Assembly: GCA_963763105.1 (NCBI GenBank)
Contig: CAVXMT010000006.1
Location: 112,351 to 176,350 of the forward strand
DNA length: 64,000 nucleotides
Reading direction: 5' to 3'
From: an uncultured Candidatus Altimarinota bacterium
Lineage (GTDB): Bacteria > Patescibacteriota > Gracilibacteria > BD1-5 > UBA2023
Shown: one piece after another, positions 11,849-22,352 of the stretch
Layout: each line of letters starts with the position of its first letter
Position numbering within the stretch: the stretch's first letter is position 1
Notes under the pieces: generated by a model
The model's input: the letters and a program-made list of their open reading frames with translations, nothing else
Database searches by the model: none
What the model was told of the DNA's origin: nothing
Translations under genes and position numbers: made by a program

Positions 11849-12973
11849 ATGCGTTTTCGTATTGACACCGATATCTTCCGCAAAGCCATAGATGTAGCCA
11901 GTCATGCGACTGGAACGAACAATCTCACTCCCATTCTTGAGAATATTCTTATCGATGCAGGATACAAGAGACTTGTCCTCACGGGCAATAATCTCGAAAT
12001 GGCGATCGAATATATCGTCGAGGAGAAGGTCGATGTCGAAGTCGAAGGTCGTTTTACGATTTCTTCGAAATTCCTCACGGCATATATCGCTCTTGTGCAA
12101 GACAAAGAGGTCACAGTCGAGCTCGAAAAATGAGGAAGTCTCAGATTCACAACAGCTTCAAGTAATACAAAATTCAAAGGTGCAAGTGCAGATAAATTTC
12201 CTATCATACCAAATCTTGTCGCCAATACTCCCCTTCGAATAGAATCAAAAGATCTTAAAATTGCTATAGAAAAAACCCTCTTTTCAACTGCAGATGGTGC
12301 GATTCGCCCAGTACTTGCAGGAATATTTCTCCATGCAAATAAGGAAAAACTCATTTTTGCCTCGACTGATAGCTTCCGACTCTCAGAATTTATCGTGAAG
12401 ACGAATTCTCCTGAAAGCTATACTCCTGTAATAATTCCAAAAAAAACTGCTGCAGAACTCGCTCGTATCGTCAATGATGAAAATGAAAAAATGCCAATAG
12501 AGCTCTATTTTCATGAAAATCAGTTGCTCGCAACTCGTGGTAATATACGTCTTTCTTCAAGACTCCTTTCAGGAAAATTTCCTGAATATGATGGATTTTT
12601 CCCAAAAGAATTCATGACAAAAACGACAGTACTTCAGAGTGATCTTGTGACAAGTCTACGTCAAGCAAATCTCGTCGCCCGAGAAAACAACTACAATACT
12701 CGCATCAGATCTAAGCATGAGTGAGTGGTCGAAATCTCTACAGGAGATACGGAGGTCTGAGCATCAAGTATATCTATATCATGATCTGTGGAATGACAGG
12801 AAGATATCGTCGGAGTGAATGCTCAATATGTTCTCGAAGCACTCTCTGTAATACGGGAAGATTATGTCAGTTTTGAATACAAGTCAGCACTCTCGCCAAT
12901 CATTATCAAGTGAGTTCCTGGAGAAGATGGGAAGTATAGTTATCGTCACCTTATCATGCCACTCAAGATTTAG
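11849..12973 (+). CDS. dnaN: DNA polymerase III beta sliding clamp
   Basis: 374 aa with a three-domain clamp pattern (..LENILIDAGYKRLVLTGNNLEMAI.., ..STDSFRLSE.., ..YRHLIMPLKI end). Stop is TAG. Confidence 0.9.
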
Positions 12974-12976
12974 TCT

Positions 12977-13996
12977 ATGATCAATCAGCTTAATACTCTC
13001 GAATCTCGCGCTCTTGCGACACTTCCGACAATAGAAAGTGAAGAAGCACTCATTCTCTACAAAAACACACTTCTCTGAAAAACTGGGGAGCTCACAATGA
13101 TACTCAAATGACTCAAAGATCTCTCTCCGGAGGATCGTACGACTGTAGGAAAGCGAGCAAATGAACTCCGTGATACTCTCACGGAAGCCGTAGAAAATCA
13201 AAAGAAAATCATCGAGCAAAATACTATTCGTGAAAAACTCGGAAGTGAATGGGAAGATACGACAATACCTTTTGAGAGAAAAAAATGATCACTTCATCCG
13301 ATCACTCTTGTACGACAAGATGTCGAAGATACTTTTCGTCGTATGGGATTCGATATATACGAATCCATGGAAGTCACGACAGAATATCTCAATTTTGATA
13401 CCGTAAATGTCCCAAAAACACATCCAGCTCGAGATATGCAAGATACGTTCTGGCTCGAATGAACTGGGAATGTTCTCGCGACTCAGACTTCTTGTATGCA
13501 GAACCTCATCATGCGAAACAATACACCTCCGATTCGTGCGATCATTCCTGGACGTGTATTTCGAAATGAGGATGTCGATGCGACGCACGACAATACATTC
13601 TATCAAGTCGAGGGAATCGTTGTCGATAAGGGAATCGGTATGTGACATCTCAAATTCACTATCACGACCATGCTTTCAGATATTTTTGGAAAAGAAGTAA
13701 AAATCCGTATGCGTCCAGGCTACTTCCCTTTTGTCGAGCCAGGCGTCGAGATCGACTTCTCTTGTCCATTCTGTGATGGAGTCGGATGCAAGATATGCAA
13801 ATGATCTGGCTGGATAGAATTCATGGGAGCAGGACTTATTCATCCAAATGTACTTCGTGAAGGATGACTTGATCCTGAAGTCTATACAGGCTTTGCATTC
13901 TGATTTGGACTCAATCGTCTTGTGATGATAAAATATGGAATTCCTGATCTCCGCTATTTCATGAATCCTGATGTGAGATTTCTAAAACAGTTTTAG
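12977..13996 (+). CDS. pheS: Phenylalanine-tRNA ligase alpha subunit
   Basis: [37 protein letters not shown] and FAFGFGLNRL. I translated the whole gene line by line. About nine TGAs read as Gly. Confidence 0.95.
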
Positions 13997-14077
13997 AAAT
14001 AATATTCTTACAATAAATGGTTTAATATTTGCACATTTTCGAATTATTTGGTATAATACATGAAATAATTCTTGTTT

Positions 14078-15226
14078 ATGCTTGCACGTACAAAATATAT
14101 CAAATCATTTCATGAGCTTTTAGAGACTTCAGAAAAGCAATATATTGCAATAATTTGAGAGGAAAATATAGGAAAATCTACTTTTCTTGAGACACTCAAA
14201 GAAGATAAGGCGTTTTCAAAGAAAAATACACTCTGGATTTCTCCTGAAAATCTAGAGATTTCTAACAAAATCCGAATAGCCGATACTATCGAAAACATCA
14301 TTATTGATGGAAATGTTGAAAATATTTCTATTATTCGGACATTTATAGAATCCAAATCGTTCGAAAATACAGTTATCTTCATAAGTACGAAGAAAATCGA
14401 TGAAGTGAATACGGAAAATTTTCTTCTTCCATGAGTCAGTTTTCGTGAGTATGCGGAATCGGAAAGTATGCAAATTGATATCGGTAAAATTCTTTCTGGA
14501 ATTTCGGATGTTGAAAGACTTAATATTCTTCGTGATACATATATTCAGAGATGATATTTCCCACATCATATTGATGACCCTACCTCCATAGTCGAAGACT
14601 TTGATACAAAATGTACAATTATGAAAGAGGAATTGTTCGATAAGGAGCATGGAATTTTTATTGAGTACATGCGGACACTTGCAATGAACACTTGAAATCT
14701 TTTTAAGGCAGACCAATTGGCAAAACTTCTCTCCTTATCACGACGAAAAATCCACAAATATACTGAAATTCTGATGAAACATAATGTTATCAAAGCAATT
14801 GGTCCTTGGGTCGAAAATGTAGAGACTGAGACGTCTCGTCATGTGAAGATATACTTCTCTGATCTTTCCTTCATGAAGTCACTTCTGGGTGACCTCTATT
14901 TTCAAGGACAAATGAAACAATGAGTCATCGAAAATTTTGTTTTTCTTGAAATTGAAAGGAAACTTGGAACATCACATAAAATCCATTTTTACCGAAAAAA
15001 ATCTGGTGCAGAAATTTCTTTTGTTCTCGAAAATATCGAAAATACCATGCTCACTGTAATTGATGTGAGTCAGAAGAATGTGAATACTCCTTCCCAAGCT
15101 CTCAAATCATTCGATACAAGTTATCATACTCGTGTCGAACGCTATATGATTCTCAATGAATCAATTGCCATGAAGAAAGATATATGATGAGTATCTCTTC
15201 TCATCCTTCCTCATATCGCCATATAA
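14078..15226 (+). CDS. AAA+ ATPase of the DUF4143/COG1373 type
   Basis: IIGEENIGKSTFLE degenerate P-loop, a winged-helix-like middle (LSLSRRKIHKYTEILMKHNVI) and a restriction-fold-like C-terminus (..GAEISFVLEN..). Confidence 0.65.
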
Positions 15227-15381
15227 ATCGAGCTCTTTGCTCGATTTTTTCTTTACTTTTTTCTATTGCTTCATAGACTAATCGTGAACTCATTATCGAT
15301 TATTTATTTTTAGTTTTCGATACAGGAATTTCTTCTGTATCTAAAAATTATTCATTATCAATTACTAACTATCAGTTGACT

Positions 15382-16572
15382 ATGCATCTCGTCATTATGG
15401 CTGCAGGAGAAGGCTCGCGCATGCGACCTCTCACAGATACAACTCCGAAACCTCTCATAAAAATCTGTGGAAAAACAATTATCGAGCACAATATAGAATC
15501 TATTGTCGAGCATTTTGATGAGATTTATATGATAGTAAAGTATAAGAAGCATGCATTCGTCGAGTATTTTGGTACTCATTACCGATGAAAGCCAATTCAC
15601 TATATCGAACAAATTGATACTTCTGGAACTGGTGCAGCAATCCTGTCACTTGAGAGGAGAATTACAGGAAGCTTTATCGTCATCTCCTGAGATGATCTCT
15701 ATGATGGAGAAGATATATTGAATCTTGCACAAATAGAAGGCCATGGAACTCTCTGTAAGGCTGTCAATGATCCAGAGAATTTTGGAATATTCACACGAAA
15801 TAATGCCGGAAAACCCACAGGAATAGTAGAGAAACCAACGAATCCTACTCTTGGAAATCTTGCGAATATAGGAATACATAAGCTTGATAGTGGTATTTTT
15901 CTCCTCCTTCGGAATATTCCACTCTCCTCACGTGGAGAACTCGAGATTACTGATCTTATCCATATCTATATTGAACATGGAGGATATAGTATCGTCGAAG
16001 CTGTCGGTCGATGGATTCCGATAGGCTATCCATGGGATCTTCTGAATGCTAATGATCTCATCATAGGCAACTATATAGAAAGTGTCAATAAGTGAGCGAC
16101 CATCGAACCAAATGTGACAATAAAAGGAAATGTCTATCTCGAAGAAGGTGTCATACTCAAGTCTGGAACATATATCGAAGGAAATGCTTATTTTGGAAAA
16201 AATGCAGTGATCTGACCAAATAGCTATATCAGAGGAAATACAAGTATAGGAGCCGAATCAAAAATCTGATCTTTCGTCGAATGCAAAAATACCTATCTTG
16301 GTGATCACTCAGCTATACCTCATCTCTCGTATTTTGGAGATTCTGTGATCGGAAATAATGTCAATATTGGTGCTGGATCAAAAGTAGCCAATCTCAGGCA
16401 TGACCATGCAAATATTCGAGTCAAAGTGAAAGATAAACTTATCAATAGCTGAAGAAAGAAACTCGGAACTGTCATTGGCGATGGAAGTCGTCTTGGAATC
16501 AATACAACTATCTATCCAGGAAGAATAATACCAACCAATGGAGCAACTATCCCTGGTGAGATCGTAAAATAA
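15382..16572 (+). CDS. Bifunctional sugar-1-phosphate nucleotidylyltransferase / left-handed beta-helix acetyltransferase (GlmU-like)
   Basis: [23 protein letters not shown]-transferase motif. The C-terminal half consists of hexapeptide repeats. Confidence 0.85.
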
Positions 16573-16704
16573 ATTCAGAGACAGATCCTCACTTTTTCGA
16601 TGTATTTCTCGGAGAAATCGAAAAAAGAAAGCCTAGTAAGAAATATGGATGTCTACTCCTTCAAGATCTGTAAGAGTATCGATAAGGAGTGTATAGTAAG
16701 TATT

Positions 16705-16926
16705 TCAATTCTTATGCACAGTACTGAGATGCTCCTTGAGAAGATGATTTTCTTGTATGATAATCTTTTCTATAGATGAATCTCTAAGTACATCATAGAG
16801 AGCATCGAAGTTCCTTCCAAAGATATTGGCATCAAGATGAAGTGAAGAGATAATCCCATCATAGAAAGTCTCGAGTGAAATAATATCTTTCCCTGAAAGT
16901 GTAAGTGAATTCATAGAATACATCAT
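16705..16926 (-). CDS. Barstar-family ribonuclease inhibitor (about 73 aa, start uncertain)
   Basis: LSGKDIISLETFYDGIISSLHLDANIFGRNFDALYDVL parallels barstar [37 protein letters not shown]. Confidence 0.65.
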   Translation of the reverse strand: MMYSMNSLTLSGKDIISLETFYDGIISSLHLDANIFGRNFDALYDVLRDSSIEKIIIQENHLLKEHLSTVHKN

Positions 16927-17069
16927 AGAGAAAAACTTGCTTTTTGCAAAAAGATCATATAATCCATGCACGTCCAAGTACACGTGAAATGTGGGAGTTC
17001 CTAAGGCTATCCTGGTCAGAGAGCCAAAAAAGAACGATTGGACCAATTTATTTTTTCACGTTTTTTATT

Positions 17070-17765
17070 ATGTCTACGAAACATGGCAAGAAATACAATC
17101 AGGCAGTTGCCCTCATAGAGGACAACCGAGCCTATAGTATCAAGGAGGCTGTCGAACTTCTCGAACGCACCAATACAGTAAAATTTGATCCAACGATCGA
17201 AATTCACTTCAACCTCAATATCGACCCTCGCCAAGCTGATCAGCTCGTACGTGCGACTCTCTCTCTTCCTCATGGAACTGGTAAGACCAAGCGTATCGGT
17301 GCCTTCACTGACCTCGGTAACGAGGCAGAGCTCAAAGCTGCAGGTGTCACTGTCGCAGGAAATGAAGATCTCATCGATGCTGTACTCCAGAATAAGATCG
17401 AGTTCGACATCGCTATCGCGACAACTGGTATGATGAAGAAGATGGGTAAGGTCGCAAAGGTTCTCGGACCAAAGGGTCTTATGCCAAATCCAAAAGCTGG
17501 AACTGTCGGTGATGATCTCATCGCTATAGCAAAGGAGCTCAATGCATGACGATTCGAATTCAAAAATGATAAGCAAGGAAATGTACACTCTATTCTCGGA
17601 AAGCTCTCATTCGGTACGAAGAAGCTCGAAGAAAATCTTACATTCTTTATCGCTGCTATCAAAGCAGCTCGTCCATCTGGACTCAAGAATGGTGCATGAT
17701 TCTCCAAGAGTATCTATATCTGTAATGCTATGGGGCCTGGTATCAAAATCGATATCAATCTCTAG
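17070..17765 (+). CDS. rplA: 50S ribosomal protein L1
   Basis: MSTKHGKKYNQAV...VRATLSLPHGTGK...MGKVAKVLGPKGLMPNPKAGTV. Two TGAs. Stop is TAG. Confidence 0.95.
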
Positions 17766-17846
17766 TCTCTCCCGTACCTGTCATTGCGAGGTACGAAGCA
17801 ATCCATGTTTCTGAATCATAAAGCTTTCTAAAAATCAGGTCAAAAA

Positions 17847-17875
17847 AATCTCTCTAGAAATAGAGAGATTTTTTA
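17847..17875 (+). terminator. Rho-independent terminator after rplA
   Basis: 9-bp stem aatctctct / agagagatt, 6-nt loop, then a T-run. Confidence 0.7.
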
Positions 17876-17922
17876 TTATAGTTTATTTGTTGAAATAAAC
17901 TATATATGCTAATATACAAGGG

Positions 17923-18459
17923 ATGTTACTATTTATAAGAATTATGGATACTATTAACTCTTCTGACTGAAAAGAAAGTCTAATTAGTTTAGATAAACTA
18001 ATTAGACTTATCGTACAAGCAAATTGAAAAAGAATTTCCGAAACAATTGAATACACTACATGGCCAGTAGATATTTTTAAGAGAACATTTGATAATTTTA
18101 GATTAACCAATCCATGAAAATTTAGATTTATCCAATCACAATGAATTATTATAGATCTATGAAATGGCATGTTTAGACCAAAACCTATAGATATGAAAGA
18201 ACTATGATTCCATACTTATATATGAATCGATTTCTATCATAAAACTGATACTGATGTAATAAAGGACTGAATTCGGTATATAATGAAAAAATGAGATTTC
18301 TTTTGAATCCTTGAAATTTTACCAAACGAAAGCATTCCATGTATACACATGGCAATGATTGATGGTTTTATACTAAATGGCGAAGAGGAGAAGCTTTTGG
18401 AACTACTAAATAGAAAACTTGCAAAAGAATGATCTATCGTTTACTGAGATAGTTTTTAA
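17923..18459 (+). CDS. Hypothetical small protein with class I SAM-methyltransferase-like motifs (alternative start 17944)
   Basis: Open frame with 11 in-frame TGAs. GIIIDLGNG (motif I-like) and YIGIDF. Stop is TAA at 18457. Confidence 0.5.
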
Positions 18460-18460
18460 A

Positions 18461-19051
18461 CTACCCCCTCCCCTTAAATGCTGATAGGAGCGTAATCTCA
18501 TCAGCATATTCGATACTTCCTGCATGAGGAAGTCATTTTGAGAGACGAGAGATTTTTACACTTCTTGGCATATGCTCGATCGCATAGAGCGCTGTCGCTT
18601 CTCATTCGATATTTGGATTGGTCGCAAGGATAATTTCTGCGATCTCTCTATCTTCTCCGACTCGAGTGAAGAGGCTCTTGTAGTTCAGCTTATCTGGCAT
18701 CACTCCTGCTATTGGTGATATAGATCCTCAGAGGACATGATAGCGGCCATGATAGACTCATGTTCTCTCTATTGAGACCATATCGAGATAATCTTCGACG
18801 ATACAGAGAACTGTCTGATCACGCTTGGTATCATTGCATATTTTGCAACGGGGAGATATGACATCCGTCATTCCATGACACACCTCACATTCCATAAGAG
18901 AATCATGAAGTGAATCAAGAATCTTCGCGAAATTCTTCACATACGCACGATTCGATTTGAAGAGAAAAAAAGCAAGCTTCGCTGCTGTCTTCTCTCCAAT
19001 TCATGGCAAAAAATGTATCATATCTATGAGTCGCTTGAGCGTTTCTGGCAT
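18461..19051 (-). CDS. recR: Recombination protein RecR
   Basis: LIDMIHFLPGIGEKTAAKLAFFL helix-hairpin-helix (G is TGA), a C4 zinc finger CEVCHG..CKIC, and a Toprim segment. Confidence 0.9.
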
Positions 19052-19142
19052 GAATACTGAAGACTAATAGTTAAAAACCAATAGCTAATAATTTGAGAAA
19101 GGAGCTAAACTTCGCTGTCTATTATTAGGTATTCGTCATTAG

Positions 19143-19508
19143 TTATTCGTTTCCTTGAAGTTGCTGTCATTTCATCACAAGAAACCCAGGACGATCGACC
19201 ATTTGCATAGAAGAAATAATCGAAGAGTTCATCACTGAACCGATAGCTTGACCTTCTGCGATACGGATATCGAGAAGATTTTCTTGAAACGAGAGTTCTC
19301 GGTTTTTTACTTGAAGGGAACGGATATTGTATCACTTTGTTGCATTTTCATTGAGAATCCAGACGTAGTAGACACCGAGAAGTGCTATCATCACAATAGC
19401 GAGAATATACGTCTGTGTAAATGAGAGACGGTAGTGTTCACGCGCTGCTTTTCTCTCTGAAAAGAAAGGAATATGTCATTTTTTTGCGACAAGGACGTTG
19501 GCATTCAT
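19143..19508 (-). CDS. FtsL-like single-pass membrane protein
   Basis: Lies immediately downstream of rsmH. One TM helix (ILAIVMIALLGVYYVWIL) followed by a coiled segment. Confidence 0.5.
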
Positions 19509-19518
19509 ACAATGTTTT

Positions 19519-20445
19519 TTAGATTTTTTGGATAACTCGCATTTTTGCACTTCGACTTCGAGGATTTCTTTCTATTTCTTCTGGAGTTGGTATGATTGGT
19601 TTTTTTGTATATTTTCGAAATTTTGCTTTTTCTCGGATCTGTCCAGTCGTATCATCGATCACATCGTCAAGATATGGTGCAAAAAGCTGTTTCACGAGAC
19701 GATCTTCGAGTGAATGAAATGTAATAACTGCAAGAAGTCATCCATGATCGAGAAGCGAGAGAGCATCTCTGAGTGATGATTCTATATGAGAAAATTCATC
19801 ATTCACGGCAATACGAAGCGCCTGGAAGACACGAATGGGAGATTTCGGATCAAAACTCGATGTCTCTATGAGAGAGAGAAGTTTTCCTGTCGTGTCGATT
19901 CTATATTCTTTCCGGGCTTTGACAATAGCATTTGCAATAAACCATGATTTTTTCTCTTCGCCATAGAGAGTAAAAATTCGCACAAGATCATTCACTTCAG
20001 TATTCATGACAATATCTTCTGCTGTCTTTCCTTTCGTACGATCGAATCTCATATCGAGTGGTCCATCGAACCTGGTAGAAAATCCGCGATCTCCTTCATC
20101 ATAATGAACACTACTCACTCCGAGATCATAGAGAATAAAGTTCGCTTTCGAAAGTGAATGTCCTGAAGTCACTGAAATGATATCCGAGAAACTCGCATGG
20201 ATACAATATTTTGGAAGAGATGGATTGATATTATCAAGATATTCTTTTGCTCGTATGAGATTTTCCTTATCACGATCAATACCCAGAAAAACATCCGAAT
20301 CTGAAAGTTTCTTGCATATCTCGCTTGCATGTCATCCGAGACCAAGTGTCGCATCAATAACTATTTTTTTTTGATTCGAAGGAAGAGAGGAGAATATTTC
20401 TAATACGGCTTCAAGAAGAACAGGATCATGAAGTGAAGATGGCAC
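19519..20445 (-). CDS. rsmH: 16S rRNA (cytosine1402-N4)-methyltransferase
   Basis: [19 protein letters not shown].., [10 protein letters not shown], and [11 protein letters not shown]. Apparent GTG start at 20445. Confidence 0.9.
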
Positions 20446-20677
20446 AAATATATATAAAAACAAGAAATATCGCGAATAGAAGATAGTCTCTTTTCTATTT
20501 TTGTCAAAACAAAATTCCCTTCTTTTCGTAGCGTTTTTTTTCGAATTTTATCTTGAAGAAATAATTATTTTAATTATTAATATAAAGTATTTTAGATATT
20601 TTATACAAGTTTTTTACAAAATTTGTATAATTTTTGATGAGATTCTCACAAAAAATGTGTAAAAACTGGTTTTTCGT

Positions 20678-20705
20678 TTGAAAAAATGACATTTTTTTCT
20701 ATAAT
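20678..20705 (+). promoter_or_regulatory. Putative sigma70-type promoter (TTGAAA-16 nt-TATAAT) that would give a leaderless LCP mRNA
   Basis: The -10 hexamer ends 6 nt before the ATG at 20712. The 260-nt region upstream looks very AT-rich. Confidence 0.3.
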
Positions 20706-20711
20706 TCGCGC

Positions 20712-22328
20712 ATGTCAAAATTCAAAACAAAAAAGCTTTCGATAAAAGAGTCTGTCCTCTCTCCAAAATCAGAAGAAATAGTCATAGAAAAGACCAAAAA
20801 GAAATGGTTTTCCTATAAAATAATTATCGCTCTTGGTATTCTCATTCTAAGTCTTTTTTTTGTTATTCAAGTTGCTACAAAAGCATTCCAATGAAACATG
20901 AAGAATGGATCAGAAAACTTCGTGCCAAGTATTGTCGAAGAATTTGTAGCAAAGAAAGTAGAGTGAACGACGAATATCCTCATTGCTGGAATAGGATGAA
21001 AGGGTCATGATGGAGGTGAACTCACCGATTCTATTATGCTTGCATCACTCGATGGTGCCACACACCATGTCACACTCCTTTCGATTCCGAGAGATCTCTA
21101 TGTATCATACCCGAAAGAGAAATGATCTGGTCGAGTCAATACCCTCTATGATATGGGAAGGTCGAATAATGTAGGAATTACATATCTTGCTGAAAAGGTC
21201 AGAGAGATTACATGACAACCTATAGATCACTACATTGTCATTGATTTTTCTGGATTCAAACAAATTATCGATATTCTCTGAGGGGTCACGGTCGATGTAC
21301 CAGAAGATCTCACTGATAGAGAATATCCTGATTATAATTGGTGATATATTACATTCTCCGTGAAGAAGTGACTTCAAATTTTTGATGGTGAGACGGCTCT
21401 TCGGTATGCTCGTAGTCGTCATTCGACAAGCGATTTTGATAGATCAAATAGACAACAACTCATTATCAAAGCTATCAAAGAAAAAGCCGCAGATCTCTGA
21501 TATATCACAAATCCTGAAAAAATTGGTGAACTCTATAATGCAGTCATTTCTCACCTCGACACTGATATGAGTATTGCAAAAATGGCAGAATTTGCTCTTA
21601 CATTTCGTGATATAAAAAGTGAAGATATCGGAATTGTTTCTCTCTCAGATACTTGTCTTTCTTTGACAAAATGTACTCCATGAAGCTATCTCTATGCTCC
21701 AAGTCGAGAACTTTTCTGATGAGCTGCCGTGATCATCCCAGAAAATGCACATGCAAATAAGCTCAGCTATTATGACGATATACGACGTTTTGTGGCAATA
21801 ACTTTCCAATTCCCAACTCTGAGACTTGGGGAAAGAAATATTGTTATTGTGAGTGACGTTTCTATGAGAAAACGTGCTGAAGAGATTGGATTTGGCCTCG
21901 CAAAGCTTGGACTTCCCTTCTCATTCGAGAAGACACTTACAACCAGTGGATCAATAGAAAAAAGTCATATAAATATCTATTATCATAGTGATTTGGATGT
22001 TGGTATTTCTCCAAATAGTCCGAGCGTTCTTGCTCTCAAAAATATTGAAGAAGCAATTCCTTATACATTCGTCGACCGAAATGAATATATCAATACTTCT
22101 GGACCAAAAATAGAAATTGTCCTTGGAAAAGACGCAAATGAATACTTTACATTATTCAAAAATCCGTATTATCTTCCTATTGCCCCAAAGGCAAACGTAT
22201 CAGGTGAGATTTGAATGAATTCTGGATGAATCCTCTCAAAAAACTCTTCATGACAAAAAATCCAACCAGCTCCGCAAAGAATTTCCTGAGAAAATAAAAT
22301 TGTCCCATGAGAATGGGAAAACTTCTAG
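20712..22328 (+). CDS. LytR-CpsA-Psr (LCP) family protein with a C-terminal extension
   Basis: N-terminal TM helix, ILIAGIGGKGHDGGELTDSIML, LLSIPRDLYV, and ALRYARSRH. Translated continuously. Stop is TAG. Confidence 0.85.
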
Positions 22329-22352
22329 TTTCTTATACAATTATTTCTCTCT

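Noticed and set aside
17016-17588. 190-aa minus-strand ORF (and 17270-17707).
   Set aside because: Antisense to rplA, whose product is unmistakable.
17766-17800. The hairpin and 'cattgcgag..cgaagcaatc'-like sequence after rplA as a functional RNA.
   Set aside because: It is only a 7-bp stem, and this short motif type appears widely as non-specific sequence. The real terminator lies 50 nt further on.
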